From IMG/VR virus record IMGVR_UViG_3300025191_000001, positions 30,039 through 94,038 of that record: a DNA stretch of 64,000 nt; one strand, written 5' to 3'. Under the pieces are notes generated by a model. It made no database searches. It was not told where the DNA came from and worked only from the letters and a program-made list of their open reading frames with translations. The stretch is from a virus (Duplodnaviria > Caudoviricetes). Numbering within the stretch: position 1 is the first letter of the stretch; every line of letters starts with the position of its first letter. Shown piece after piece: positions 46,359 to 56,019 of the stretch. A program made the position numbers and the translations under genes.

Positions 46359-46779
46359 TATACGGTAAAGAAATGTTTTTGTGTAAAGTCTTTCGACATT
46401 TCGCCTTAACGGGTCGTTCCACTAGAAAGCGTCAGTGGATAGCAATAGGACAGAAGATGGTCACTGTAACCTAATCATCGTATTAGGTCAATACACCTCT
46501 TAGGGAGTAGTTGCGATAGCCTGTAACGTGCTTAGACGTTATGAAAAGTACTCCTTTCCAGATAACTTAGCAGAGTCTGGCTAACAATCCCATGCCCTAA
46601 TGTGTATGGTGGAAACCTCAAAATCTTGAACTCAAGAAGATAATCTCTTTATTAGATTCAAATTTTATGATGGCAGAACTAGTCCCTAGAGTTCACGTAA
46701 AACCGATTATAAGGTTTCCTTTTTAAGGTTGTGTTCTTTAGGGCAGTTTTGCCTAAAATTTGAATCTAAGAAGATAATC
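46359..46779 (+). ncRNA. putative large structured ncRNA or origin primer RNA, copy B
   Basis: Paralog of 18314-18740 with covarying stems and identical loops. Confidence 0.7.
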
Positions 46780-46845
46780 TATAAAGATGCAATCTTTTAA
46801 AGAGTAACCTTTAAAAGATATACTCTAACAACTACGTTGTTAAGA
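46759..46845. repeat. iteron-like block and palindrome TAACAAC-TAC-GTTGTTA (46826-46842)
   Basis: 46759-46804 is 45/46 identical to 18720-18765. Confidence 0.8.
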
Positions 46846-47042
46846 ATCCTTCTAACTACTTGTCTGTCAAATATCTCTCTTACAAACGTGACAGTATAGG
46901 TTTGTATAAGGTCAGACTACCAACACACTAGTATTACGTATACCAATACAGTACTATATCAATATAATTCAATTAATTTACCATTATAATGAAATAGTTC
47001 TTGACTTGGTACAAAATCGATGATACTATATACTTGTAGACA

Positions 47043-47309
47043 ATGAAAAATAAACAAGTAAACGAGGTTAGATATATGAGATGTGTAAGTTGTAATCGTA
47101 TGCTAACGGACACTGAACGTATGTCTGTTAAGTATTACATTGATGAGGATACCCCACAGTTGTTAGTTAAGACAGATATTCCAGAGGACATGTGCCATAA
47201 TTGTAAAGTGCAAAGTTTCACTACGGCGTATTACTCTAACAGAGAATATGCCTTTGAGGGATTAACCTCTGGGTTGTGTCCTTCAGCAGGATTTAGTGAT
47301 AATTATTAA
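47043..47309 (+). CDS. Zn-finger protein
   Basis: MRCVSCNRML...DMCHNC; the internal ATG after GAGGT is the likelier start. Confidence 0.7.
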   Translation: MKNKQVNEVRYMRCVSCNRMLTDTERMSVKYYIDEDTPQLLVKTDIPEDMCHNCKVQSFTTAYYSNREYAFEGLTSGLCPSAGFSDNY

Positions 47310-47318
47310 GGAAACATT

Positions 47319-47579
47319 ATGAGTAGAGCAGAGACATTTTTAAGGTGCAGTAATTGCTTAGAAAAGCTTAATCTAATATGTGATAAGCTAGGGTATGATG
47401 ACAGTGATAGAGAGGTAGTTGCAGAAGTGTTATTATTCCTTGAGATGGGGAAGCTTAAAGAGAAATCTAAAAAGATTGACTTCGATAAGGTTGTTAGAGA
47501 TAGCAAGGAAAGAACTAAAGATAATCCTTTTTTACAAGACCCTTATGTAAATTTGAACTTATCCAAAGTGAAATTCTAA
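47319..47579 (+). CDS. hypothetical protein
   Basis: AAGGA RBS. Confidence 0.6.
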   Translation: MSRAETFLRCSNCLEKLNLICDKLGYDDSDREVVAEVLLFLEMGKLKEKSKKIDFDKVVRDSKERTKDNPFLQDPYVNLNLSKVKF

Positions 47580-47724
47580 TGATTTTATTAGATTAGGATT
47601 GTGTTTCTAAACTAAATTCCTAATTAGAACAATGGTTTAATAAAATTGATTAAAAAAGTGCTGTACAATCGAAAAAGTTGTGCTACAATATATACAGACA
47701 CTAAAGAAAACTTAGTAAATAAAT

Positions 47725-47950
47725 TTCCCTCTAACGCCATAATGGATTGCACAGATGTAGTCGGGCGAACCTTAGAGGATTTAATTAGGTAGTGTAAAAC
47801 TTTAATAAGAACTACCTCCTTCCTAAAGACTCTCTCTTAAAGAGTCTCCCTGTTTAGCAGAGTCCATTCCCTCCTTCGGAGGGTAGTGCATAAATCTACC
47901 CTAGCTTGTGTTGTTTTCCTTCTCCTCCATGCAAGCTGCTCTGCTAACTT
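47725..47950 (+). ncRNA. structured non-coding leader or sRNA with anti-SD motifs
   Basis: Nested stems, no ORF, extended -10 TGcTACAAT upstream. Confidence 0.45.
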
Positions 47951-48007
47951 TCTTTCTATTTTACAAGCACCTCGCAAGTGTTGAAACAAGTAACACACAA
48001 TAAGATT

Positions 48008-48090
48008 CTTTAAAAATAAACTTAACTATTAGATGGGTTTATATCTTACTTGTCCCTGTTGCGAACTGACAGTTAAGTTTATTTTTAAAG
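48008..48090. repeat. 20-bp perfect inverted repeat overlapping the RBS of the HNH gene
   Basis: CTTTAAAAATAAACTTAACT / AGTTAAGTTTATTTTTAAAG. Confidence 0.85.
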
Positions 48091-48101
48091 GAATTTTTAT
48101 T

Positions 48102-48911
48102 TTGACTATATCTAAAGAACTATTTAACTATGTTTTAAATAATACTAATGTAAAAGAAGATACTGGTTGTTGGGAATACCAAGGTAATATCAGTAAGACA
48201 GGTTATGGATTTGCTTCGTTGAACAGAGAAAAATCTTCAGCACATAGAGCGGTTTACCAGTTTCTGTACAGGAAAGTTAGTTTACCTTATATGCTTTGTC
48301 ATATATGTAATAACCCAAAGTGCTGTAATCCTGACCACTTGTACGAAGGCACTGCAAGAGAAAATGAAAGAGACTCTATACTTGCGGGTACTAGTCTATT
48401 TTACAACATAGACCAACGAGGTGAGAACAACATCTCTTCTAAGTTGACTCAAGATATAGTAATAAAAGCAAGAAAATTGGCGGAGGAAGGCCACACCCAT
48501 AATTACATATCTCAACGGCTTGGGGTAATTAGGCGAACATTGTCTAGGGCTATTACAGGACAATCTTGGTCTAATTTGAATGACATCCAACACCCTGTTA
48601 CTTATAACAGCACTAAAGGTAGTTCCCCTTACAAAGGCGTTAAAATCAACAAGGCTAGAGGTAAAGAAGGGGAACTTAGATACGTAGCAAGAATAGGATA
48701 TAAAGGTATTAGGTTTTATATCGGTGGATTTTTGAGTGAAGAAGAAGCTGCACAGCGGTATGACTATTGTTACCAGTGTATCAACGAAACCAACACCTGC
48801 CCGAACGGTACAACAGAGGACGTACTCGCTACTATACAAAAAGATACCAAACTAAATAGACGTTTAAAAGACTTCGTTATAAAGGCGGATAACAATGCCA
48901 ACAAAGAATAA
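48102..48911 (+). CDS. HNH homing endonuclease with HTH and AP2 domains
   Basis: GCWEYQG, AHRAVY, CHICNNPKCCNPDHLYEGT..EN, SSPYKGV...EEEAA..YD; TTG start after AAGGA. Confidence 0.88.
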   Translation: MTISKELFNYVLNNTNVKEDTGCWEYQGNISKTGYGFASLNREKSSAHRAVYQFLYRKVSLPYMLCHICNNPKCCNPDHLYEGTARENERDSILAGTSLFYNIDQRGENNISSKLTQDIVIKARKLAEEGHTHNYISQRLGVIRRTLSRAITGQSWSNLNDIQHPVTYNSTKGSSPYKGVKINKARGKEGELRYVARIGYKGIRFYIGGFLSEEEAAQRYDYCYQCINETNTCPNGTTEDVLATIQKDTKLNRRLKDFVIKADNNANKE

Positions 48912-49248
48912 GACCAACGTGGGTGGCAGACCTCGTGGGTCTAGGAACAAATTAAATGCCTCTGATGAGATTAAGAAAGCTCTCAACAGAGGAACAGGCT
49001 TAGTGGAGCTTAAAGAATTTTTATGGGGTATGATGCAAGACCCTAAAGTATCAGAAATGCAAAAGGCAAAGTTCACACAGATGTATTTAGATGTGATGAA
49101 GTATATTCACACAGAGAACCTTAAAATAGAGAACCCTAAAGAAGATGGTTCTTCTAAAGAATCTAAAGAGATTCATGAAGAGGAGAATACAGATAACACT
49201 CCTGCAAAGAGTGACAAGGTTGCAAGGTTGTCTTTTGGAAGTAAATAA
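48895..49248 (+). CDS. putative terminase small subunit
   Basis: GGRPRGSRNK motif, size, start of late operon. Confidence 0.6.
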   Translation: MPTKNKTNVGGRPRGSRNKLNASDEIKKALNRGTGLVELKEFLWGMMQDPKVSEMQKAKFTQMYLDVMKYIHTENLKIENPKEDGSSKESKEIHEEENTDNTPAKSDKVARLSFGSK

Positions 49249-49278
49249 CCTTGCTTATAACAAGTGAGAGGACAAATT

Positions 49279-49905
49279 ATGCAACTTCAAGATTTCAATA
49301 GTGTTACAGAAGCAAGAGAATATTCCTACAAAGTTTATCGTAAAATTGGCGGCAATGAGGCTAGGCAATTCTTTGGCATTATGGGTGTCCTAGACGGGCT
49401 AGAGGATAGCAAAGATTCTACAACTTCCGTACAAGTTATCCCTAACATACCTACTACACTAGGAGCTATATGCAGGACTGTGTTACAGACTATGTTAAAC
49501 GGACAATTTGCAACAGACCCTACTACAGAAGATGGCGCTTTGAATAGGGCAGCATCCCAAGTGTTAGTAAATAATAATGTATTTAGTGTCACTCTTAATC
49601 AGGAGTTCTTTAAGAGGTCTGAATCTTTAGTATATCCTTTCGAGAATGTTTCTGAGTATGATTGGAAACGCGCAAAGGGTTTACCGATTACACAGAAGGA
49701 AGTTGTACCAGTAAACGGTTATATAAAAATCACACTAACACAAGACGTAGAGCAGCACAGACCACAAGTATATGTTGATATTCAAGGCATAAAGCAGCGC
49801 ATCACAGGGTTCGGTGTAGTCGATAAAGCAGGTGATTATCTTGCGCAAGTGCCGCGTGGGTATGCGAGTTTTTACGTCGATGACGCTTACGGTGTGATTG
49901 CGTAA
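49279..49905 (+). CDS. hypothetical protein, fibre-associated
   Basis: GAGGA RBS; TAATG-coupled to next gene. Confidence 0.65.
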   Translation: MQLQDFNSVTEAREYSYKVYRKIGGNEARQFFGIMGVLDGLEDSKDSTTSVQVIPNIPTTLGAICRTVLQTMLNGQFATDPTTEDGALNRAASQVLVNNNVFSVTLNQEFFKRSESLVYPFENVSEYDWKRAKGLPITQKEVVPVNGYIKITLTQDVEQHRPQVYVDIQGIKQRITGFGVVDKAGDYLAQVPRGYASFYVDDAYGVIA

Positions 49906-51512
49906 TGGCGTATTATTTAGCGTTTGATGGGGTTAATGACTATGTACGCCTACCCTTCACACGACCCGACAACATGGAGATAAATCTTCGCATTGTCGCG
50001 CCGCCACAACTCGATAGACGGTTTCTTTCATGGGCGAAAGACACCTCAACTTCGTTCATGGGTATAGGCTCAGGTAATACATCTGGCACGCAAACTAAGC
50101 TGAGAAAATTTGGTGGCGGTGGTTCAAATTTAACGGGTGCGGCTGACGTATTCGACGGTAATCCGCACGATATAAAGATAAAAATAACCGATAACCTTCT
50201 GGAAATATTTGTTGACGGTGGCGTTTCGCCCGATATATCAACAACAATATTTAGCAACGCTACCTCTAGCTACGCAATATGGACAATTGGCGCAGTAGTA
50301 AGAAAATCAAACCTTGCAGTTTCATCCGCTTGCGAAATGGATTTATATTCGTTTAATTTTGAGGATCAGGATGTAGGCGCAAGCGACACAAGAAACTACG
50401 ACCCAAGCGCATCAAACGGAACAGGGCAAATACTACCCGACACAGAAGGCAACAACGACGGTACACTTGTAAACTTTCCCACAGACGATAGCCAGTGGAT
50501 ATTCTATGACGATGGTGGCTCAGTAGACTACACTATAACTCTCGATTCAGGAAATTACTCTTTAACAGGTAACTCCTTAGCACTACTTAGTGATAGAAAC
50601 ATTTCCTTAGAGAATGGTAGCTATAGTCTTACAGGTACAGACTTAAACTTAGCAGTACAACGCTCTATAAGCTTATCTGATGGCATTTACTCTAAACAAG
50701 GTACAAACACTAACTTAGTATTAGAACGTCTCTTAGGGTTAGATACAGTGGGCTACACTAATGTAGGTAATGCTTTAGGACTTTTAGCTGTTAGAAGTTT
50801 ACCACTAGAACAAGGTTTTTACTCAAAAGATGGGTCTTTATTAAGTTTATTCCTTAATAGGACTATCGCCCTAGAACAAGGAGACTACTCTTATCTTGGC
50901 AGTGACATAAACCTCCAGTACGGGCAAGAGTTCAGGTTATCCTTAGAACAGGGTACATACTCCTTACAAGGCACTGAGACAGGACTTCTAAAAGATTACA
51001 TCCTACCTTTAGAAACTAAATCCTACAGTTACGCTCCTGAAAACATATCTCTATTGGCAAATAGAAAGATTAACACTGAATCAGGTGATTATTCTTATAC
51101 AGGGTCTCCTATCAATTTCATTTATGAAGCAGGAGGTATCACGTATACGTTGTCGATTGATTCAGGAAGTTATTCTTTAACAGGACAACCTCTTAATCTT
51201 CTAGCTAATCGTAGACTACCAATAGATTTTGGTGAATACACTTACGAAGGGGTTGATTCAGACATACTCTACAATAGAGTAGTTGCCTTAGATAGTGGCG
51301 TATACACAAGTGCTGGTACAGATACAGGGTTAAGAGTTAACAGAAGATTAGTATTTCAAAACGGAAACTACTCTCTACAAGGTACTCCTATTACTTTATC
51401 CTATACAGGGGAAGTGTTAGCAATGCTAGAGGGATACAGACTCTCTTATAAGAAACACCCTATAAAACAACTTAAATATAAACCATATAACATTACTGCA
51501 AGGTACAATTAA
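49905..51512 (+). CDS. fibre protein: LamG/ConA-like N-terminal domain plus 13 x 22-aa repeats
   Basis: YLAFDGVNDYV...DGNPHDI...GTLVNFPTDDSQW; repeats xLxLxxGxYxxxGxxxxLxxxR. Confidence 0.75.
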   Translation: MAYYLAFDGVNDYVRLPFTRPDNMEINLRIVAPPQLDRRFLSWAKDTSTSFMGIGSGNTSGTQTKLRKFGGGGSNLTGAADVFDGNPHDIKIKITDNLLEIFVDGGVSPDISTTIFSNATSSYAIWTIGAVVRKSNLAVSSACEMDLYSFNFEDQDVGASDTRNYDPSASNGTGQILPDTEGNNDGTLVNFPTDDSQWIFYDDGGSVDYTITLDSGNYSLTGNSLALLSDRNISLENGSYSLTGTDLNLAVQRSISLSDGIYSKQGTNTNLVLERLLGLDTVGYTNVGNALGLLAVRSLPLEQGFYSKDGSLLSLFLNRTIALEQGDYSYLGSDINLQYGQEFRLSLEQGTYSLQGTETGLLKDYILPLETKSYSYAPENISLLANRKINTESGDYSYTGSPINFIYEAGGITYTLSIDSGSYSLTGQPLNLLANRRLPIDFGEYTYEGVDSDILYNRVVALDSGVYTSAGTDTGLRVNRRLVFQNGNYSLQGTPITLSYTGEVLAMLEGYRLSYKKHPIKQLKYKPYNITARYN

Positions 51513-51514
51513 TA

Positions 51515-51928
51515 ATGGCTACATACACTAAATATGAATCAGGCATTAAGCATTTGGCTACGGATATTAACTGTGCCACAGATACTTTTAAGATTGCCCT
51601 AACAAACACAGCACCTAATGTAGGTACACATGAGTTCTTAGCAGACGCTACCGAGATTACTGCTGGAAACGGCTATTCTGCTGGAGGCGTAACTATAGGA
51701 ACTACTTCCTCTGAAACAGGAGGTACATTCTCTCTTACTCCTTCAGGTGATGTTGTTATTACAGCTTCAGGTGGTACAATTGGTGCATTCCGATACGCCG
51801 TATTCTACTCAGACACCCCTACAAATGATCCCCTACTATCAAGCTTTGACTATGGTTCAAGTATTACACTAAACGATGGTGAAAGTCTTACAATTGATGT
51901 AGGTACTACACTATTCACATTGAGTTAA
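51515..51928 (+). CDS. small beta-rich virion structural protein
   Basis: DTFKIALTNTAP...GNGYSAGG...FRYAVFY...FDYGSSITLNDGE. Confidence 0.7.
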   Translation: MATYTKYESGIKHLATDINCATDTFKIALTNTAPNVGTHEFLADATEITAGNGYSAGGVTIGTTSSETGGTFSLTPSGDVVITASGGTIGAFRYAVFYSDTPTNDPLLSSFDYGSSITLNDGESLTIDVGTTLFTLS

Positions 51929-51932
51929 TTAT

Positions 51933-52265
51933 ATGCTTCAAAATGTAATTATGAAAGGCAGAGATAACCCTGTCGAGATTTCATTCTCCTTTGATGAAGG
52001 AGACTTTAAGGAATTAGGTCTTAACACATTCTCTGAGATAAAGGTTACATTAGGAAGCAATATATACTCTACTATTGATAACTCTTCTCAAGTGTTCGTA
52101 TCTAATAATACAGACCTTACGATTAACGTAGGTGGAGATGAGAGCCTTGAGAAAGGGAGTTACCTGCCAGAGATTGTAGGTTATAGTAATGTATACACTC
52201 AAGGTTATGAACTCACTGGTAAGTGTAAACCTATATTAAGTTATCTTGAGGTGAGAGACTGTTAG
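51933..52265 (+). CDS. Ig-like/BppU-like adaptor protein
   Basis: GRDNPVEISF pattern; resembles 55538-56011. Confidence 0.45.
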   Translation: MLQNVIMKGRDNPVEISFSFDEGDFKELGLNTFSEIKVTLGSNIYSTIDNSSQVFVSNNTDLTINVGGDESLEKGSYLPEIVGYSNVYTQGYELTGKCKPILSYLEVRDC

Positions 52266-52364
52266 AAGGTTTGCACTTTGGAGAGGGGTTTTACTTAAAG
52301 AGGGCTATGTTGTAATTGACGCATGGTCTAACACAATTTCAATTACAGTATAGAGAGATAGGGA

Positions 52365-55300
52365 ATGGCAGAAACAAATTTAAACTTGAAGCAGTCTTCT
52401 GGCTCGCAAATCCCGAGCGAGTTGAGCGTAATTTCGGGCAACTTCTCTTTCAGGCAGGACGGTACAGGCCTCCAAGGCCAAAGCGGCACGGTTTCTAGGT
52501 TAGAAGTTAACGGAGTTACCAGCAATTTTTTGCTTGATACTTCGTTTATCCCAACAGTCGATGAATCGTTTTTTAGAATCGATTTCCATTATGAAAATTC
52601 AAGTAACTTTTACAGAGTGGTATACACAAGCGATGCGGCTGGTGATTACGTAAATTATCACGGATTACGTATACATAAAATTGCTGGCGGTTCGCAAGTA
52701 AGTGAAGAATTAATTGATTTTCGCCCGATATTAGGGGCATATTCGAATACAGCATCTATTAGGCTAAAAATAGTCTCTGACGGAGCTAACTTTACCATAA
52801 GTGTTTTTGAAGGAAGTTCATTTACTGACGTTTTATCTCAGGAGATTTCTCCTGTAAATAATAATGGTGGGCTTTTCATACAAACAAATAACGGTAGTCA
52901 TGTTATGGAAAACGTGAGCTATGACCCATCTTATAGTGAGCTTTCTCAACCAACAGAGCCAACCGACCCTGTAGTTGTACCACCTCTTTCTTTACCCAAA
53001 ACCATTTCAGGGTATAAGCGTAAATTTACAAAACTAGGTAAGTTGTTTGACAAGCCTAGTACCATGAATGACCAAAGAGAATATTGGTTTAGACCTTTTT
53101 TAACCGAAGGTATTGCAAACTTTCCTAGCGATAAGTACCCCGTAGCGGCTGTGTCATCGCCGAACCACTCCACAGGTTTTGGTGGTATATATTTAAGACT
53201 CTACGAAGAAAAAGGAAGCTACGATCTAAACGACGCTGATAGCTGGCATGAATACCAAGACGTATCAAACCTGCCCGAGTTTGATCATGTAGAGAAAAAA
53301 ACAAACCCTATTTTTGTCTCCAAAGGTCGTGACGCAAGACAAACAGAAACACCCCAGCCATTTATAAAAGATAACGGTGATTTTGTTCTGTGGTTTCACG
53401 CAGCTAGAATGGATTACTCTGACCAGGGGATTCCAGGTGATTTTCAATCTACTCGTTACTGTGTAACAAATAACTTTCCTGATTTTGATGATGCAACCAC
53501 CCAAGATGCGGGTTTTATGGTAGACCCCAACAAAATTGAGAGTGATGGGCATACAGGATATTTTCGAGGCGGTAAAAACAATTTTAGAGGTATTCCGTAC
53601 TCTTTTATCGGCAACTCCTTGCTTGGATCTTCTGGTGGCACTGGGGGCGTGTCGAGGCAGTATGTTGCCGGTAATTCAGTTGAAGACTTTAAGCATTATG
53701 AAGTAGGTTCTCGCGTGTACGGAACGCTAAGGGATTACAGCGAGTTTCCAAACGACAAGGTTCTTGTTATCGAAATCATTCACGATACCAAGCGAGAGGG
53801 CGCTTATAATCGAGTGATGGGGAATATAAAGAACGCGGTAGGTGGTGGTGCTTCCACTAACGGCGTTCAATGCGAAGTGCTGATGGATGATCACCTGAAC
53901 ATAGTATCGCGCCCTAATATTTTTGTTGAGCAAGGTTTGGCTGGCGAGTTTGATGCTTCTGAAATTTCAAATTACGATGAAATATCTTATGCGGGTAAAG
54001 ACTACGGATTTTACAACACCACACTAAGTAACGGCAGCTCTGGTATTGGTATCGGTCTTGTAGAAGATGTTCCTCACAATTGGGATTTGCACTACACTGG
54101 AGGCGGCAGAGCTGAGTTAATATCTAGCGAATCTACCGCTAGTGCAGTTGCGCCTGACTGGGTATTTAGTGAGACCCCCAGCGTGTTTTCAGAAGCGCCA
54201 AACGAAATTGTAGGGGGTTATAACTACACAGAAATTAACTTACCTCAGAACGGCGATGTCTCAACGGCACTTCATAACGCAAATATCACGCTATCAAACC
54301 ACGATATTATTGATGTGTATTTTACTCGCATCGGAAAACAAACAGCAGATGGTATTCGGCTAGAGTTTGGTTTAACTGACACTGTAGACAGCCCCTTGAA
54401 TGCAATTTCTTATTTGTGGAGAGCCAGTGATGGGAGTGCTACCGCGCCAGATGAGCCAATGCGCGTTAATGTTTATAAAGATGGTGAAGTAAACGAAAGC
54501 GCTGCGTCTAATTACTTTGGACAAGCTTCAGACTGGAAGCCCTCTAGCTTTGAGGCGGCCACCTCTAAACATAGCGTTGGGTTTAGAATAATACCGTCTC
54601 AGAATAGACTTATATTGTTAGAGGGTGTTTCTGAAACTGATGTATTTGATATAACTGGTTTTGATTATGATGCAGTTTTAAACCTGTTTATTAAAGCCAA
54701 TATTGCCACTGCGGCCAGTGCTGACTCAGGTATCGTATTTGATAGCGTTAAGGTTATTACTTACACCGATGAATCAATCGCCGTACCCGCCGCACCCATT
54801 ATCAGCACAAGCAAAACAACTAGCAGCGTGACAGTTAGCTCAAATACAGTTAGTGGTGTTACGGGTTACAAGTATTTCTTAGATAACCAGTCTAACGAAA
54901 CCGGTACGTTTACAGATCTTGAACCAGAGGCCACCTACACCGTTTACGCTCGTGCAAGTAACACATTAGGTGATTCGGCACCAAGCACTATTCAAACGGT
55001 TACAACTGATGCGGTTATCCCAACTAACCAAGCCCCAACCGCCAACGCTGGCGCTAATCAATCTGTAGCAGCAGGTGCATTAGTTCAAGTGTCAGCGTCA
55101 GGCAGTACAGACGGTGATGGTACTATTGTTGGTTACGCATGGCGTGAAACTACGAATGTAGGGGTAACACTATCTAGCACTACAGAAGAAAACATTACAT
55201 TTACAGCGCCTAGTTCAAGTGCAGCACAAACAGTAACGTTAGAACTTATCGTTACTGATGATGATGGTGTAGATTCAGCGCCTGTGACAGTTAATATTAA

Positions 55301-55538
55301 CGTATTAGCACAAGTAATTCAATCTACATTAAACCTCTCTTGGGAAGGTCTCCCTGATAACACATACACAGTGTTGTTTATAGATAGAGATAACGATAGT
55401 GTCCTTTCAAGAAGTGTAACCTCTTCTAACGAGACAGCTAAAGTGACGTTACCTTTACCAGTTGGAACTAAGGTAGATTACTATTGGTATAACGAAACCT
55501 CTATGGATGCTGTGTTAAATACAGGAGTCACTGAGTAA
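52365..55538 (+). CDS. large multidomain adhesin or possible glycosidase (beta-propeller-like, FN3, PKD/Ig)
   Basis: FTDLEPEATYTVYARASN (FN3); NQAPTANAGANQSV...DGDGTIVGYAW...LIVTDDDG (PKD). Confidence 0.75.
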   Translation: MAETNLNLKQSSGSQIPSELSVISGNFSFRQDGTGLQGQSGTVSRLEVNGVTSNFLLDTSFIPTVDESFFRIDFHYENSSNFYRVVYTSDAAGDYVNYHGLRIHKIAGGSQVSEELIDFRPILGAYSNTASIRLKIVSDGANFTISVFEGSSFTDVLSQEISPVNNNGGLFIQTNNGSHVMENVSYDPSYSELSQPTEPTDPVVVPPLSLPKTISGYKRKFTKLGKLFDKPSTMNDQREYWFRPFLTEGIANFPSDKYPVAAVSSPNHSTGFGGIYLRLYEEKGSYDLNDADSWHEYQDVSNLPEFDHVEKKTNPIFVSKGRDARQTETPQPFIKDNGDFVLWFHAARMDYSDQGIPGDFQSTRYCVTNNFPDFDDATTQDAGFMVDPNKIESDGHTGYFRGGKNNFRGIPYSFIGNSLLGSSGGTGGVSRQYVAGNSVEDFKHYEVGSRVYGTLRDYSEFPNDKVLVIEIIHDTKREGAYNRVMGNIKNAVGGGASTNGVQCEVLMDDHLNIVSRPNIFVEQGLAGEFDASEISNYDEISYAGKDYGFYNTTLSNGSSGIGIGLVEDVPHNWDLHYTGGGRAELISSESTASAVAPDWVFSETPSVFSEAPNEIVGGYNYTEINLPQNGDVSTALHNANITLSNHDIIDVYFTRIGKQTADGIRLEFGLTDTVDSPLNAISYLWRASDGSATAPDEPMRVNVYKDGEVNESAASNYFGQASDWKPSSFEAATSKHSVGFRIIPSQNRLILLEGVSETDVFDITGFDYDAVLNLFIKANIATAASADSGIVFDSVKVITYTDESIAVPAAPIISTSKTTSSVTVSSNTVSGVTGYKYFLDNQSNETGTFTDLEPEATYTVYARASNTLGDSAPSTIQTVTTDAVIPTNQAPTANAGANQSVAAGALVQVSASGSTDGDGTIVGYAWRETTNVGVTLSSTTEENITFTAPSSSAAQTVTLELIVTDDDGVDSAPVTVNINVLAQVIQSTLNLSWEGLPDNTYTVLFIDRDNDSVLSRSVTSSNETAKVTLPLPVGTKVDYYWYNETSMDAVLNTGVTE

Positions 55539-56011
55539 TGCAGTTAGGTGTATTAGGTACATTAGGTGTATATGGGGTTGAGGTAATAACGCCTCCTCCT
55601 GTTACTGACCAAGAGCAAGTATTAAGAATTGCCTCTACTCAATTCACTGTTGTTGGTAATGGTCAATATTTCGGATATGCCACAAGAGGTAACATATCTA
55701 TTCTTAAATTTAAAGCAGAGAATAACTTCCAAGGAGGTATCAACCTTTCTAATGGTTACTTTGATTTTGAGAACAATGGAGTAGATAAAGTTGTCATAGA
55801 GGTAGATAACACACCTTACTTTATAACAAGCGAAGATTCTTCTATAACATTCTCTAAAGAGAACCTTATATGTAGATTTGGAGACTTAGATATACCACAC
55901 AATTACACAGGTAAGATTAATGTAATCATCTATGTAGGGAATGATCCTGATGGAATATATATGTCTAGTCATTCATGTAGGTATGTAATGACAGTAAGGT
56001 ATCAAACATAG
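55538..56011 (+). CDS. Ig-like adaptor protein
   Basis: TAATG-coupled; resembles 51933-52265. Confidence 0.5.
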   Translation: MQLGVLGTLGVYGVEVITPPPVTDQEQVLRIASTQFTVVGNGQYFGYATRGNISILKFKAENNFQGGINLSNGYFDFENNGVDKVVIEVDNTPYFITSEDSSITFSKENLICRFGDLDIPHNYTGKINVIIYVGNDPDGIYMSSHSCRYVMTVRYQT

Positions 56012-56019
56012 GAGAAGAT

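Noticed and set aside
47580-48030. tRNA cluster, as often found before terminase genes
   Set aside because: No T-loop GTTCRA, D-loop or CCA pattern found by eye
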